Positions 31,139 to 43,033 of a stretch of 64,000 bases of DNA are shown one piece after another. The notes under the pieces were generated by a model. That model did no database searches, had not been told where the DNA came from, and worked only from the letters and a program-made list of their open reading frames with translations. How positions within the stretch are numbered: the first letter of the stretch is position 1; every line of letters starts with the position of its first letter. The translations under genes were made by a program, and so were the position numbers. The stretch comes from an uncultured delta proteobacterium (GTDB lineage Bacteria; Myxococcota_A; Polyangia; Polyangiales; Polyangiaceae): contig CAVQUB010000011.1 of NCBI GenBank assembly GCA_963716725.1, positions 160,001 to 224,000 of the forward strand, written 5' to 3'.

Positions 31139-34100
31139 ATGTCCAGCCAGCCACAACCCGATTCACTGTCTCGGCTCGACAGCGAGCTGAACCGGCTGCG
31201 TGCCGAGCACGACGAGGCCGAGAGCGACGTCACCCGCGCAATCCTCATGCACGAGATCGCCGTGCTCGAAGAGCGTAGCGGCGACAGCGCCGCCGCTGCT
31301 CGCGATCAACTCGACGCGGTGAACTCCGAGCCGGAATTTCACGAGCCCCTCGAACGCCTGATCCAGATCATTCAAAAGAGCGGTTCCAGCAAGAACCTGG
31401 GCAAGCTGCTCGAGCGATCGGCCGAAGTCGCCGAAGGCGCAGAAGAGCGCGTCCGCGCACTGATGGAACACGCGGCCCACGTCGCCGACGTCGAGGTCTC
31501 CCCCGACGCCGCCCGAGCGGTCCTCGAGGAGGCTGCGGGGGAGAAGCCGGACGACGCTGGCAGTCTTTCTCGCGCTCGAGCTACTCGCCGCCAAGACGGG
31601 CGACACGGAGCTCCGCGAGCGCGCGCTCGCGACGCGAGCCGAATACTGCGAGCACCCGGCCTGGCGGTCGCTCTTGTTGCTCGGCGCAGCCGAGCTGGCG
31701 CTGACGAGCGGCGACACCGAGGACGCGCTCGAACGCGTCGAGCGCGCAATAGAACAGAAGGGCGAAGCGACCTACGCTGCGCTTCGTGCCCTGGAGCATG
31801 TGGGACGAAGCACGGATCGCTTCGACGTCGTCGCCCGCTCGCTGGAAGCACAGGCAGCGCTGATCCTGCGGGGCACCACCGACGCCGCGACAGCCGACGC
31901 GCTGGGCGTTCCGCGTCATGCCCGCAGCGCCGCGCACGCCGCGGATGCGTGGCTGCGCGCTGCGGATGCGCATCGCCGGCGCGGTGAAGTTGGAGACGCT
32001 TCCGCCCTGCTCGACCAGGCCCTCGCGCGCATCGAAAACGAGCCCGCGCTGACCCACGCTCGCTTGATCACCGCAGAGATCACGGGCGACACGCAGAAGA
32101 GCGCCGATCTGGCCAAGGTCGCCCTCGCGGCGGGCGCCAAGGGCGGTGTGGCCGCGGCGCTCTGGTTGAGGGTGGCCGAAGCAACCGCATCGGAGGGCGA
32201 TCGCGCGGCTGCGCTCGACGCGGTCCGTCACGCTCTGGCCGAGGACGCCGGGAGCATCCCGTCTCGCGTGCTCGAGCTCGATCTCCTCGACGCCGGAGCA
32301 GACCCGCAAGCGCTGGCAGCGTCCCTCGAAGCCGCCGCAGAGTTGATGGGGAGTGACGGCGCCAAGGCGCGGTACTTCTTGCTCGCGGCGGACACCTGGG
32401 CGCGTCTCGCCGGGGACGTCGCCGGTGCAAAGGCGGCGCTCTCGCAGGCCGGAATGTACGGCGCTTCTCCGCTGACGATCGCGCGCGTCGCCCGGATGCT
32501 CGCCGCGCTGGGCGGCGACGCTGCCTGGTACGAAGAATCGACGCGCCGGCTAGTGACCGCACATCCCGGAGACGACGAGACCGCGCATGCGTGGTTCGAA
32601 CTCGGCCGGCTCCGGCTGCTCCGCGGGGAGTTCGATCAAGCTCGCGCGGCGCTCTCGACGCTCTGCGAGAGCGACCATGGCCGGTGGGTGGGCGCTGCGC
32701 TTCGCGCCTACGCCCTACCGCTCGTTTCCGGCAGCTCCGGGGGCGACGACGAGGCCGCGCTCGCGGTGCTCGCATCCCTCGCCCCCGACTCGATCACGGC
32801 AAGCAGCATCCGCACCGCCATGGCGGTCCGCGCTCTACTGAGCGGCCGTGACGCCGACGCGCTCGAGCAACTGGGCGCGCTGCACGCGGAGAACCCCGGG
32901 AACCCGAGCGCGACGGCCGCGCTCGCGGCCTTGGCTCGCAAGCAGGGCAACCCCGTCCGGGCGGCGGAGACGCTTTGGGCTGCCGCCGCGGAGCACCAAG
33001 ACGCCGAGCTCGGGGCGAGCTTCGATCTCGAAGCGGGCATCCTGTACTGGCAGGGCGGCGAGCGCGCCCGCGCCGTGGAAGCATTCGCCCGGGCCGCAGA
33101 GCGCTCTCCGGTGGCCGGCGGCCCAATCCTCGGGTGGGCGCTGAGAGCCGCCGAGCCGGACTCCCTCGAAGCGCGCCGCCGAGCGCTCGCGGCCAGCGAG
33201 GACTCCGAGAGCGGAGCGCTCGCGCTGGAACGCTTCGGGGTCGAAATGGCGCCGGGCGGCGACGCGGACACGGCGCGGGAAGCGCTCGACTTGGTCTCGG
33301 CGGCGGACGAGCGCGCTCTCAGGGATGCCGGACTCTTGGCCCGCGCGCTGACGGCCGCTCCAGCCGAAAGGAGCGAGCTGCTCGACGCCGTTTCGGCTTT
33401 CGGGAGCGAGGCCGAGGCGGTGGCTGCGGCTGCCGCGCACGTGGCGGAGCTCGAACGCGGCGACGTCGATGCGACGCGACGGCTTCAGTCGGCAGCCCGA
33501 TGGGCAGACAGCGACGCGCACGTCAGCTCCGCGCTCGAGTGGCTCGGCGCCTCCCTCTTGGCCAACGACTCGCCAGCAGAAGTCGCGGCCCGGCGAGCGC
33601 TCGCCGAGCGCCTGCCGGGCGCGACCGCGTGCGCTCATGCACGCGAGCGCAGCGCTCGTGTCGGCCTTGAGCGGCGCGGGTGGCGAGCCACTGCTCGAAG
33701 GTGACTCCGAGTGCACCCGCCTCGCGAACCTCGAGCTCGCGCCTCCGGGTTGCGATCCGCGTCGCCGTGCCCGGGCGCTCGCGGGAGTCGAGGCCGCGCT
33801 CGGCGATGACGGCTCGGCGCTGAGCCGTGCGCTGGCCGGCTGGAATCTGCTGGTGTCCGGCGACGCCGACGCCGCACTCGCAGCGTTCAGAGTCGTGACC
33901 GAGGCCTACCCCGAAGAGGTCATCGGTTGGGAGGGCCTGCGCGTCACCGGGGATTTGCTCGGAGAACGCGGCGTCGTTGCCGAAGCATGCGCGTGTCTCG
34001 GCGACGCCGTCCACGACGATGCGCGCGGAGCCGAGCTGTGGGAGCAATCGGCATTCATCCTCATCGACGAGCTCGGGGACGAAGCTCGCGGAGAGTTCGC

Positions 34101-35841
34101 CCTTTCGCGCTGCATCGCACGCGATATCTGTCGAGGGAAAGCCTTCGACAAACTGTTCCGACTCGTGCGCGCGCGCAAAGACGGCGGCCGTCTGCTCGAG
34201 CTCATCGGCCTTCGCCTCGAGGTGGCGGAGGAGCCCGACGAGATCGCCAAGCTCTACTGGGAACGCGCTCGCGTCTTGCGGGAGGCCGGCGACCGCGACG
34301 GCGCGCTCACCGCCCTCGAAAACGTCACCTTGCTCGAGCCCGATCACGTCGGCGCGCTCGCGCTCTCTGGTGAGATCTACCTCACGAGCGGCAAGCTGCC
34401 AGAAGCGGCCGAGAAGCTCGCTCGGCTGTCGACCTTGTCCGACGCGCCCGTCAAGCAGCGGTTGATGAGCGGCGTCGCAGCCGTGGACATCTACGAGAAC
34501 AAGCTGAAGGAGGTCGACAAGGCCCTCGAGGTCCTCGATGGCCTCTACCGCGCCGGGCTGTCGACATTGCCGGTGCGCGAGCGACTCGCGCGCGCCGCCG
34601 CCAAGACCCAGTCCTGGCAGAAGGCCACCGAAGTGCTCGAGCAGCTGATGGCCGAACGCGACACGAAGGAGGGCCGAATCGAGGCCGCGCGTCTGGCCAT
34701 GGTGATCCACCGCGACCGACTCGATGAGCCGAGCGGTGCGGGCGACGCCGCCGCGCGGCTCCTCCTCGAGGCGCCCGACGACGGTGAAGCCCTCGATCTG
34801 GTGCTCTCCGGCGCGCTCCCCCAGGTCGAAGCACCGCTGCTCCGAGCGGGGCAAGACGCGCTGGTCGAAGCGCTGATGCGCGATCCTCTGGACGCAGAGC
34901 GCGTGGACCGCCTCGCGAGGATAGCCGCGCACATCAACAACGCTCCGCTCCGGCAAGCCGCACTGGGATCGCTGGTGGCCCTGGGAGAGGGCTCCGCCGA
35001 GATCGATCGCGAGCTTTCGATTCTGGACCAGCGCGTCGCGCACGTTCCGCAGATCGTGATCGATCCTCGAGCGCTGCCCGACCTGTGTGATGCCGAAGAC
35101 GCTGGACCCATTGCCGAGTTGGTCCTCGCCATGGCCACCACCTTCTCGGAGGCGCTCGGGCCTAACCTGTCCAGCTTCGGCGTTGGCCGGAAAGAGCGCG
35201 TAGACCCCCGGGCAGGCCTTCCGGTGCGCAACGAGATCGCCGCCTGGACGGGTGCGCTCGGTATTGGCGATTTCGAGGTCTACATCGGCGGCCCAGACGA
35301 CCAGGGCATCTTCGGCGTGGGCGCCGAGGTCGCAGCGTTGGTCGTGGGCCGCGCAGTTCAGGCTCCTCTTTCGCCACTGCACCGCCAAGCCGTGGCGCGC
35401 GAGCTCTTTGCGCTGGTGCGAGGCACGACGATCCTTCGACACCGCGACCCGACGGACGTCGCCGCGTTGATCGTGGCGGCTTGCCGCATCGGCGGTTTCG
35501 AAATGCCCTCCCCACAGTACGCGATGCTCGGCGAATTCACCCGCGTGCTGACCAAGGAAGTGTCGCGCAAGGTCAAGAAGAGCTTGCCGGATCTCGCGGC
35601 TCGAGCAGCCGGCTGCGGTCAAGATCCACTGGCCTGGGTGCGGGCGGCCACGTCGAGCCTCGACCGGCTCGCGGCCATCGCCGCGGGGGACGTGTCCTGG
35701 GTGTTGAGCGGCTCCGAACAGCTTCGCGGCCAGGTCGGAGCGTCGCTCGAAGCGCAGGAAGAATCCTCGCATCTCTTGTCCTTCGTCGTTTCCCCCACCT
35801 ACCTCGGCTTGCGCGAAAAGCTCGGGATGACGGTCCGATGA
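31139..35841 (+). CDS. Giant Ala-rich TPR/helical-repeat protein A (frameshifts near 31565 and 33630)
   Basis: Three consecutive ORF pieces in shifting frames with continuous TPR-like sequence; stop overlaps next ATG (ATGA). Confidence 0.75.
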
Positions 35842-38800
35842 GCAACCCCGAAGACCCGAAGCCGAAGGCCAAGCCACCGACTCCGGGAAGCACCGGTCGC
35901 AGCGCGAGCGCTCGCAGCATCGGCGAGGAGCTGGGCGATCTCGACTTCGAGCCCGACGCGCTCCTCGACTCGCTGCTCTCGGACGACCCGCATCAGAAGC
36001 CCGAACCCGCTCCGCCCGGCGCGGTCGACGCGCCTCCCGCGGACTCCGGCAAGCTCTTCGAGCCCGAGACGCGCGAGTGGGATTCCGAAGGCGTCACCCT
36101 GGCGGGCAAGCTCGAACACACGGCGCCCGGACCCCGCACGGGGGATTCCGTGGACGACTTGCTCGCCAATGCGATCGTTGCTCCTCCCACACCCGCCCCA
36201 CAACCACCGCCGGCGGCGCCACCGCGGCCCGCCGCACCGCCGCGACCTGCCGGCCCGCCGCGGCCGGCCCCGACACGACCGGCCCTACCGCCACGCCCCG
36301 TCGCGCCTCGAGCTCCGCTGACTCCCGAGGCGCCGGCGCCCAACCCTCCCGCGTCGGCTGCCGACGAGGCGAGCAACATCGAAGCTCTCGGTCTCGACGA
36401 GTTCACTGAGGTGCCTCCTTCGATCTCCAGCTCGGACGCGGACATCGACGCGTTGGTCGGTGGGCTCGAGCCCGCCGACGGTGCGCTCGATGTCGAGGCG
36501 AAGCCCGGAGACTCGCCGCAATCGCTCGCTCCCGACGATGTGGTCGCCGACGATGTGGTCGCCGACGATGTGGTCGCCGACGATGTGGCCACCGACGATG
36601 TGGCCACCGACGATGTGGCCACCGACGATGTGGCCACCGACGATGTGGCCACCGACGATGTGGCCACCGACGATGTGGTCGCCGACGATGACGGCGACTC
36701 TATGGTCGAGCCGAAGCTTGGAGCCGAGCCACTCTGGACGCCCGCGAACTGGGAGCAGGATCGCCCCGCAGCGGTGCACCTGGCCGAGCAAGAAGGACTC
36801 GAAGCGTGCCTCGCGCGGGCGGCCTGGTTCGAGACGGAGGCGCGGTCGGCCGAGGACGCGGGCGCGAAGGCGCGAGCGTTGCTGGTCGCGAGCGAGCTCT
36901 TCGCGCTCGCGGGCGACGCCAAACGCGCCCGGAGCCTCGCCAACGAATCGCTCGCGCTCGCTCCAACCGCGCCGTTGATGCAGCGGCAAGCGCGCCTGTT
37001 GGCAGCGCAAGACGAAGACTTCAAGACGGTGCTGGCGGCCCTCGACAACGAGGCAAAAAGCAGCGCAAACCCCGCGGTCCGGAGCCACGCCGTGTACGTG
37101 GGCGCGGAGGTCGCGCGCTGCGCGCTGAAGGACTCGGCCCAGGGAGATCGGCGCCTGGACGTCCTGCACAAGCTCGACGCACGCGACCCACGCCAGCCCG
37201 TGATGAAGCTGGCGCGGCAGCTCGCTGCGAGCACCAGTGCGCCGGTGGCGCCCCCGGGCCTGGTCGGTGATCTAGCCGTGCTCGGCCGCGCGGTATTGGA
37301 CTTGGGGAGCCTCCGCGCAGACGGCGAGCCGGCGGCGGACAGCCCTCTGCGCGCCGTCCACTTCGAACGTGCGCGGCGCGCGCTCGCCCGCCACGAAATA
37401 TCCCAGGCGGGCGAGGCCATCGCTGCGCTCGCGACGCTTCCCGGGCTCGAGCTCGGCGCGCGTTGGCTCGCGGCGTCGCTGCTCGCGATCGACTCGAGCA
37501 CGAGGCCCAAGGCCATCGAGTTGCTACGAAGCCTCATCGAAGAAACGCAGTCGCCCTCAGCGCGACGCGCGTTGGCAGCTCGCTCCTTGGAGCAGGGAGA
37601 TCCGTCGGGACTGTCGGAACTGCTCCAAGGCCAGGACTCTGCGGACCTCTCCGCTGCGGATCGCGTCTCGCTCGCCGCCCTCACGGGGGCCGCGCACGAG
37701 CTGGTGGACCGTTGGCTCGCTCGCATCGAAGCAGATCCGCGCCTGACACCGCTGGCGGCCGCCGCGGCGTCGGCCAGTCGTTCGCCCGAAGCGCCCCTCG
37801 AACTCGTCTGTGGTGATGGCGCGGCTCGCACTGCAACCATCCTCGGGCGGGCGATCGTGGCCGGCCGAGCAGAGGGCGCTGATGCCGGAATGCTGCGCGC
37901 AGCGCTCGAAGCTCATTCGATGGCCCAGGGCGACGATCCGCTCGTCAGCGCCCTCGAGGCGGAGCTCGCCTTGTCCGCGGGCGCGGCCGTCCGAATCGCC
38001 CAGGTCATCTCGAGCGGGCCCAGCGCCGAAGACCCGAAGGCCGCCCGCGACAAACACCTGGTCGCGGGGCTCCTGCTCGAGATCGGCCGCGACCCCGACG
38101 CCGCCGCGCGGCAGTACTCGAGCGCGCTCGGTGCGGATCCAACGGCCGAACCCGCCGCGCGCGCCATGCTCGCCGCTGCCACCCCCGCGGGGGCCGCTGA
38201 GCTGCTGATCGGCTTGGCCGACTCGGCCGCCGACGACGCGCACAAGTCGCTACTCTTGCTGGAGGCTGCGCTGCGGCTGGGCATGGAGTCAGCTGAATTC
38301 CCCGCGCTGATCCAGCGTGCCGTCGATGCAGATCCGACCCAGCCCTTCGCGCACCGCCTCGGCAAACAGCACGCCCGGGTGCGCGGCGACGCCGACGCCT
38401 TGCTCGCGCGGCTGCGACGTCGGCGCGCAACCGCGGACGATCCCGTGGAGGGCGCCCTCGACGCCGTCCGCGAGGCGCTCTTGATCGCCGACACCGAGCG
38501 CGAAGCCGCCGCCGAGCTCCTGGAGACCGCCAGCGCGGCACGTCCCGCCGACGTCGCGCTGCACGAGCTGCGGGAGCGCCTCTCGCCCGCCGGCGGAGGT
38601 TCCCGCGGCGCATGGCGCGAGGCGGTTGCTGCCTCCGCAGAGGGGCCCGCGAAGCTGCTGTTGCTCGTGGAGTCCGCGCTCGAATACGAACGAGCAGACG
38701 ACCTCCCGTCAGCCGCGCGTGTCGCGCAGGACGCCGTCGCCGCGGGGGGCAGTGAGTTCGCAACGGTCACCGCCGAACGCTTGGCTCCCTTCGGCTCGGG

Positions 38801-41315
38801 CGGTGCCGCGCTGGCCGAGCGCCTCCTCGCCGAGGCGAAGGCCGCGACGGATCCCGTCGCGCAGTGCGAGCTCTACGAGCGGCTGAGCGAGTTGGACCGC
38901 GTCCGCGGTGACACCTCGAGCGCGCTGCTCTGGCAAAGTGCCATTCTCGAGGCCGACCCCAAGAACCTCCGGGCCCTCCGCACCCTCGAGCACGCGTACA
39001 TCAGGGACGGGCGCCTCGAAGACCTCGAACCCATCGCCGCGGCCCTGGCAGGGCTCCTCGATCGCAACGAAGCAACGGCCCACGCCGTGCTCGCTGCGCG
39101 CCTATCACCAAGGCAAGCCACCACGGAGAGGACCCGCCAGCTCGCGGAGCTCACGCTCACCCACGAGCCTCCGTCGCTGTGGGCGCTGAGGACGCTCAGC
39201 ACGGTCGCGCGGGATTCCGGCGACGATGAGCTGGCCCTGCGAATGGACAAGGAGCTGAGCCAGAGAGTCGCGCGCGCCATCGACTCGGCAACACTCGCGC
39301 TCCGCGCCGGTGAAGCCGCCATTCGCGTCGGCAAGCTCGACGAAGCCAAGGCTCTGCTCGACCGCGCAGTCGAGCTCGTCCCCGACCACCTGGTGGCACT
39401 CGCCAGGCAGGCAGAGACCCTCGAGGCACAGGGAAACGCCCAAGGCGCAGCGGAGGCCCTGGAGGCCCTCGCCGCGAGCAGCAAGGTCGCGGCCCATCAG
39501 ACCGACGCCTGGCACCACGCGGGTCGCCTGTGGTTGGACTCGGTCGGCGACGACGCTCGCGGCCGCGCGGCGTTGGAGACCGTCGCGGACATCGACCTCA
39601 CCCACGCTGACACGTTCACGCGGCTGCGCGCTTTGTACGTCAAACACGAGGAGCGCGAGAAGCTGGCCGCGTTGCTCGAACGCCGCATCGAGCTGACCGA
39701 CGATCCGGAAGAGCGGGTCTCACTGGAGGTCACCCGGGGCAAAGCGCTCGCGGAGATCGGCGACACCAGCGCCGCAAAAGAAGCCCTGGCAGCGGCTCTG
39801 GATGCCGATCCCGATCACGGCGACGCCCTCGATGCGTTCGCCGAGCTGTGTGTTCACGAGGGAGAGTGGGAGGGCGCGGAGCAGTCCTGGATCCGACTCG
39901 CCCGGCACTCGACGGATCCGGAACAGCAGGCCGAGATCTACCGGAAGCTCGGCGCACTGTACGACACCCAGATGCCGAACCCTCAACGCGCCGAACTCTC
40001 GTACCGTGAAGTGCTCAAGCGACTGCCCAACGACGTGGGGGCAATGGAGAGCTTGGTGCACGTCTACGGTCGGTTGGGCGACACCACCAAAGCGCTGGAG
40101 CTCCAGAACGATCTCTTGAATCGTGCCGGCACTCCGGAGGAGAAGCGCGATCGCACCATCGAGCTCGCGCGCGTCCAAGAGGAGTTCCTGAAAGACCGGC
40201 GCAAGGCCGAAGGCACCCTGGACAAAGCGCGCAAGACCTGGCCCCAAGATGGGGCCGTGCTTCGAGCCTTGGCGGAGTTCTACCGGCGTGGCGGTGAAAC
40301 GACGGCCCTGAACGTGCTGCTCGACCGCGCTGCAAACGACTCGCGACGCGCGCTCGGGACGGGCCGCTTCGACGCCGCGCTCTTCGAATCTCTAGCGACG
40401 GTTGCCGAGCTCCGCGGCGGCACCGACGCTGCGCGGGTCGCCAACGCCACGCTGTCCGCCCTGACCGGCGCGGACGCTTCGATCGAGGGCGCCGGTCTGG
40501 CAGCCGCCGACGCGCGACTCGACGACTTGCTGGCGCCCGAACTGCTCACGCTCCCCTTGCGCGCCCTGCTCAAGAAGGCCGGCGACGCGCTGGACGGCGC
40601 GTATCCGATGGACCTGCGCACCATCCGCGCCACTCCGCTGCCGTCGGAGTCGGGTGCTTTCGCCCAGCAGCTCCAGCAGATGGCCACCGCCTTCGGCATC
40701 AACAACCTCGAGGCCTACGTGTCGACCACGCTCGGTCCAAGCTGCGTTCCTGCCAGCGCCGCGCCGCCGCGCTTGGTCTTCGGCTCGGTGCTGCTCGACA
40801 AAGATGTGGACGAGAACGCGCGCACCTTTTTGGTGCTGCGAAGCCTGAAGCTGCTCCAGTCGCGCTCGGCGGCGCTTTCTCGAGCGGCGCCCATCGATCT
40901 GTGGCCCATGGTCGCGGGCATGCTCAGTGTGTTTGCTCCCAGCTGGCAGGCGCCCGGCGTCGACGCCAAGAAGGTGGCCGAGCACCAACAACGCCTCAAG
41001 ACCGCCCTCGTCCGCGAGCTCGACGGCGACGTGCCCGTCCTGGCCATGGAGGTGATCGGATCCATCGGCAACCGCGCGTCGCAGCTCGGCACGGCGGTCA
41101 ATCAGTGGGGCAACCGGACCGCGCTCCTGGCCATGGGCTCTCCCGCCACCGCGCTGCGCGGCATCGCGCTGGGCACCGGACACCCGGAGGGTCCGCCGGA
41201 AGACGCCGCGGAGCGCCTCAAATGGATCGTTCGCAATCCCGAGGCGCGCGACATCGCCGTCTTCAGCGTGAGCGAGCAGTACTCCGACGCGCGACGCCGC
41301 CTGACCCTCGGGTAG
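35838..41315 (+). CDS. Giant TPR protein B (about 1825 aa) with disordered Pro/acidic N-terminus
   Basis: ATG 35838; many TPR motifs (ALDADPDHGDALDAF, VLKRLPNDVGAMESL); C-terminal domain similar to protein A. Confidence 0.8.
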   Translation: MSNPEDPKPKAKPPTPGSTGRSASARSIGEELGDLDFEPDALLDSLLSDDPHQKPEPAPPGAVDAPPADSGKLFEPETREWDSEGVTLAGKLEHTAPGPRTGDSVDDLLANAIVAPPTPAPQPPPAAPPRPAAPPRPAGPPRPAPTRPALPPRPVAPRAPLTPEAPAPNPPASAADEASNIEALGLDEFTEVPPSISSSDADIDALVGGLEPADGALDVEAKPGDSPQSLAPDDVVADDVVADDVVADDVATDDVATDDVATDDVATDDVATDDVATDDVVADDDGDSMVEPKLGAEPLWTPANWEQDRPAAVHLAEQEGLEACLARAAWFETEARSAEDAGAKARALLVASELFALAGDAKRARSLANESLALAPTAPLMQRQARLLAAQDEDFKTVLAALDNEAKSSANPAVRSHAVYVGAEVARCALKDSAQGDRRLDVLHKLDARDPRQPVMKLARQLAASTSAPVAPPGLVGDLAVLGRAVLDLGSLRADGEPAADSPLRAVHFERARRALARHEISQAGEAIAALATLPGLELGARWLAASLLAIDSSTRPKAIELLRSLIEETQSPSARRALAARSLEQGDPSGLSELLQGQDSADLSAADRVSLAALTGAAHELVDRWLARIEADPRLTPLAAAAASASRSPEAPLELVCGDGAARTATILGRAIVAGRAEGADAGMLRAALEAHSMAQGDDPLVSALEAELALSAGAAVRIAQVISSGPSAEDPKAARDKHLVAGLLLEIGRDPDAAARQYSSALGADPTAEPAARAMLAAATPAGAAELLIGLADSAADDAHKSLLLLEAALRLGMESAEFPALIQRAVDADPTQPFAHRLGKQHARVRGDADALLARLRRRRATADDPVEGALDAVREALLIADTEREAAAELLETASAARPADVALHELRERLSPAGGGSRGAWREAVAASAEGPAKLLLLVESALEYERADDLPSAARVAQDAVAAGGSEFATVTAERLAPFGSGGAALAERLLAEAKAATDPVAQCELYERLSELDRVRGDTSSALLWQSAILEADPKNLRALRTLEHAYIRDGRLEDLEPIAAALAGLLDRNEATAHAVLAARLSPRQATTERTRQLAELTLTHEPPSLWALRTLSTVARDSGDDELALRMDKELSQRVARAIDSATLALRAGEAAIRVGKLDEAKALLDRAVELVPDHLVALARQAETLEAQGNAQGAAEALEALAASSKVAAHQTDAWHHAGRLWLDSVGDDARGRAALETVADIDLTHADTFTRLRALYVKHEEREKLAALLERRIELTDDPEERVSLEVTRGKALAEIGDTSAAKEALAAALDADPDHGDALDAFAELCVHEGEWEGAEQSWIRLARHSTDPEQQAEIYRKLGALYDTQMPNPQRAELSYREVLKRLPNDVGAMESLVHVYGRLGDTTKALELQNDLLNRAGTPEEKRDRTIELARVQEEFLKDRRKAEGTLDKARKTWPQDGAVLRALAEFYRRGGETTALNVLLDRAANDSRRALGTGRFDAALFESLATVAELRGGTDAARVANATLSALTGADASIEGAGLAAADARLDDLLAPELLTLPLRALLKKAGDALDGAYPMDLRTIRATPLPSESGAFAQQLQQMATAFGINNLEAYVSTTLGPSCVPASAAPPRLVFGSVLLDKDVDENARTFLVLRSLKLLQSRSAALSRAAPIDLWPMVAGMLSVFAPSWQAPGVDAKKVAEHQQRLKTALVRELDGDVPVLAMEVIGSIGNRASQLGTAVNQWGNRTALLAMGSPATALRGIALGTGHPEGPPEDAAERLKWIVRNPEARDIAVFSVSEQYSDARRRLTLG
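36534..36683 (+). repeat. 15-bp coding tandem repeat x10 (DDVVA/DDVAT)
   Basis: GACGATGTGGTCGCC x3, GACGATGTGGCCACC x6, GACGATGTGGTCGCC x1. Confidence 0.95.
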
Positions 41316-41352
41316 TTGCTCCAGCGAACGAAGAGGCGGGCTCGACCCGCGT

Positions 41353-41368
41353 TGGCACGCCTCGTGCT
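41353..41368 (+). promoter_or_regulatory. sigma54 -24/-12 promoter
   Basis: TGGCACGCCTCGTGCT, GG-N10-GC spacing, intergenic, about 12 nt before GTG 41380. Confidence 0.65.
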
Positions 41369-41379
41369 GTTGCCCGGTC

Positions 41380-41796
41380 GTGTTTCGAAAACCAATCAGT
41401 CATCGTCCCCGCCGAGGAGACCTTCAGGTCGCGTTACTCTCCGCGAATGGCGAGACCCTGGGCGGGCTCCAGAGGTACCTGACTCGCGCCGGGGTGAAGG
41501 TCCGCAGCGTGCTTCTGCCCGCGGCGCTGCTCGAACACACACCCGGCGTTCACGCGGTCGTGGCCTTTCCGGACGACCTCGACCCGAACGAAACCGCCGA
41601 CGTCCTCTCCGAGCTCCAGCATCGGGACCAGGACCTTGCCCTGGTGCTGGTCACTGCCAAGCCGGCGTGGTTCTCCGGAATCGGAGCGACGGATTTGGGC
41701 CGGCGTGTCGTGGTCTTGCCTCGCCCCGCGTGGGGCTGGACGATTCTCGACGCGCTCAGGGGCCTACTACGCGAGGGTCTGGCCGGGACTGCTTAG
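41380..41796 (+). CDS. Stand-alone degenerate receiver-fold protein
   Basis: Alternating beta/alpha pattern VALLS / VKVRSV / AVVAFPDD / LVLVTA / VVVLPRP without canonical acidic pair or Lys. Confidence 0.5.
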   Translation: MFRKPISHRPRRGDLQVALLSANGETLGGLQRYLTRAGVKVRSVLLPAALLEHTPGVHAVVAFPDDLDPNETADVLSELQHRDQDLALVLVTAKPAWFSGIGATDLGRRVVVLPRPAWGWTILDALRGLLREGLAGTA

Positions 41797-41811
41797 GTCC
41801 AGACGCTTCGA

Positions 41812-42780
<969 letters not shown>

Positions 42781-42861
42781 TCCGTTGAGTTCTGTAGGCC
42801 ACCTTTGGTGCCCGAACCAGTGGCCTGGGCCACAGCCTCGCGATCGGCCCCCCAGCGCGGT

Positions 42862-42877
42862 CGGCACGACCCATGCA
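42862..42877 (+). promoter_or_regulatory. sigma54 -24/-12 promoter divergent from the EBP gene
   Basis: CGGCACGACCCATGCA, GG-N10-GC spacing, upstream of methyltransferase. Confidence 0.55.
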
Positions 42878-43033
42878 CAGGGCGACTTTGCCTTCTGTGA
42901 GGCGCGGGTGAGAGCCGCGAGCCCGGGGGGTCGACCGGCGCTTTCTCGTCGCTATGCGTTCTCCGAAGAAACCCAACAAGCCGCGGCGCGGGACGGCTGG
43001 TCCACTCCCCGAGCTTTTCGAGCGACCTCGACG

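Noticed and set aside
36534..36683. Regular repeat arrays (also 29282-29530 and 53707-53880) as CRISPR
   Set aside because: No unique spacers, unit lengths are multiples of 3 inside ORFs, and no cas genes are present
33523..37840. Long antisense ORFs (784 aa, 615 aa and many similar across the window)
   Set aside because: Shadow frames expected in high-GC coding DNA; no recognisable motifs
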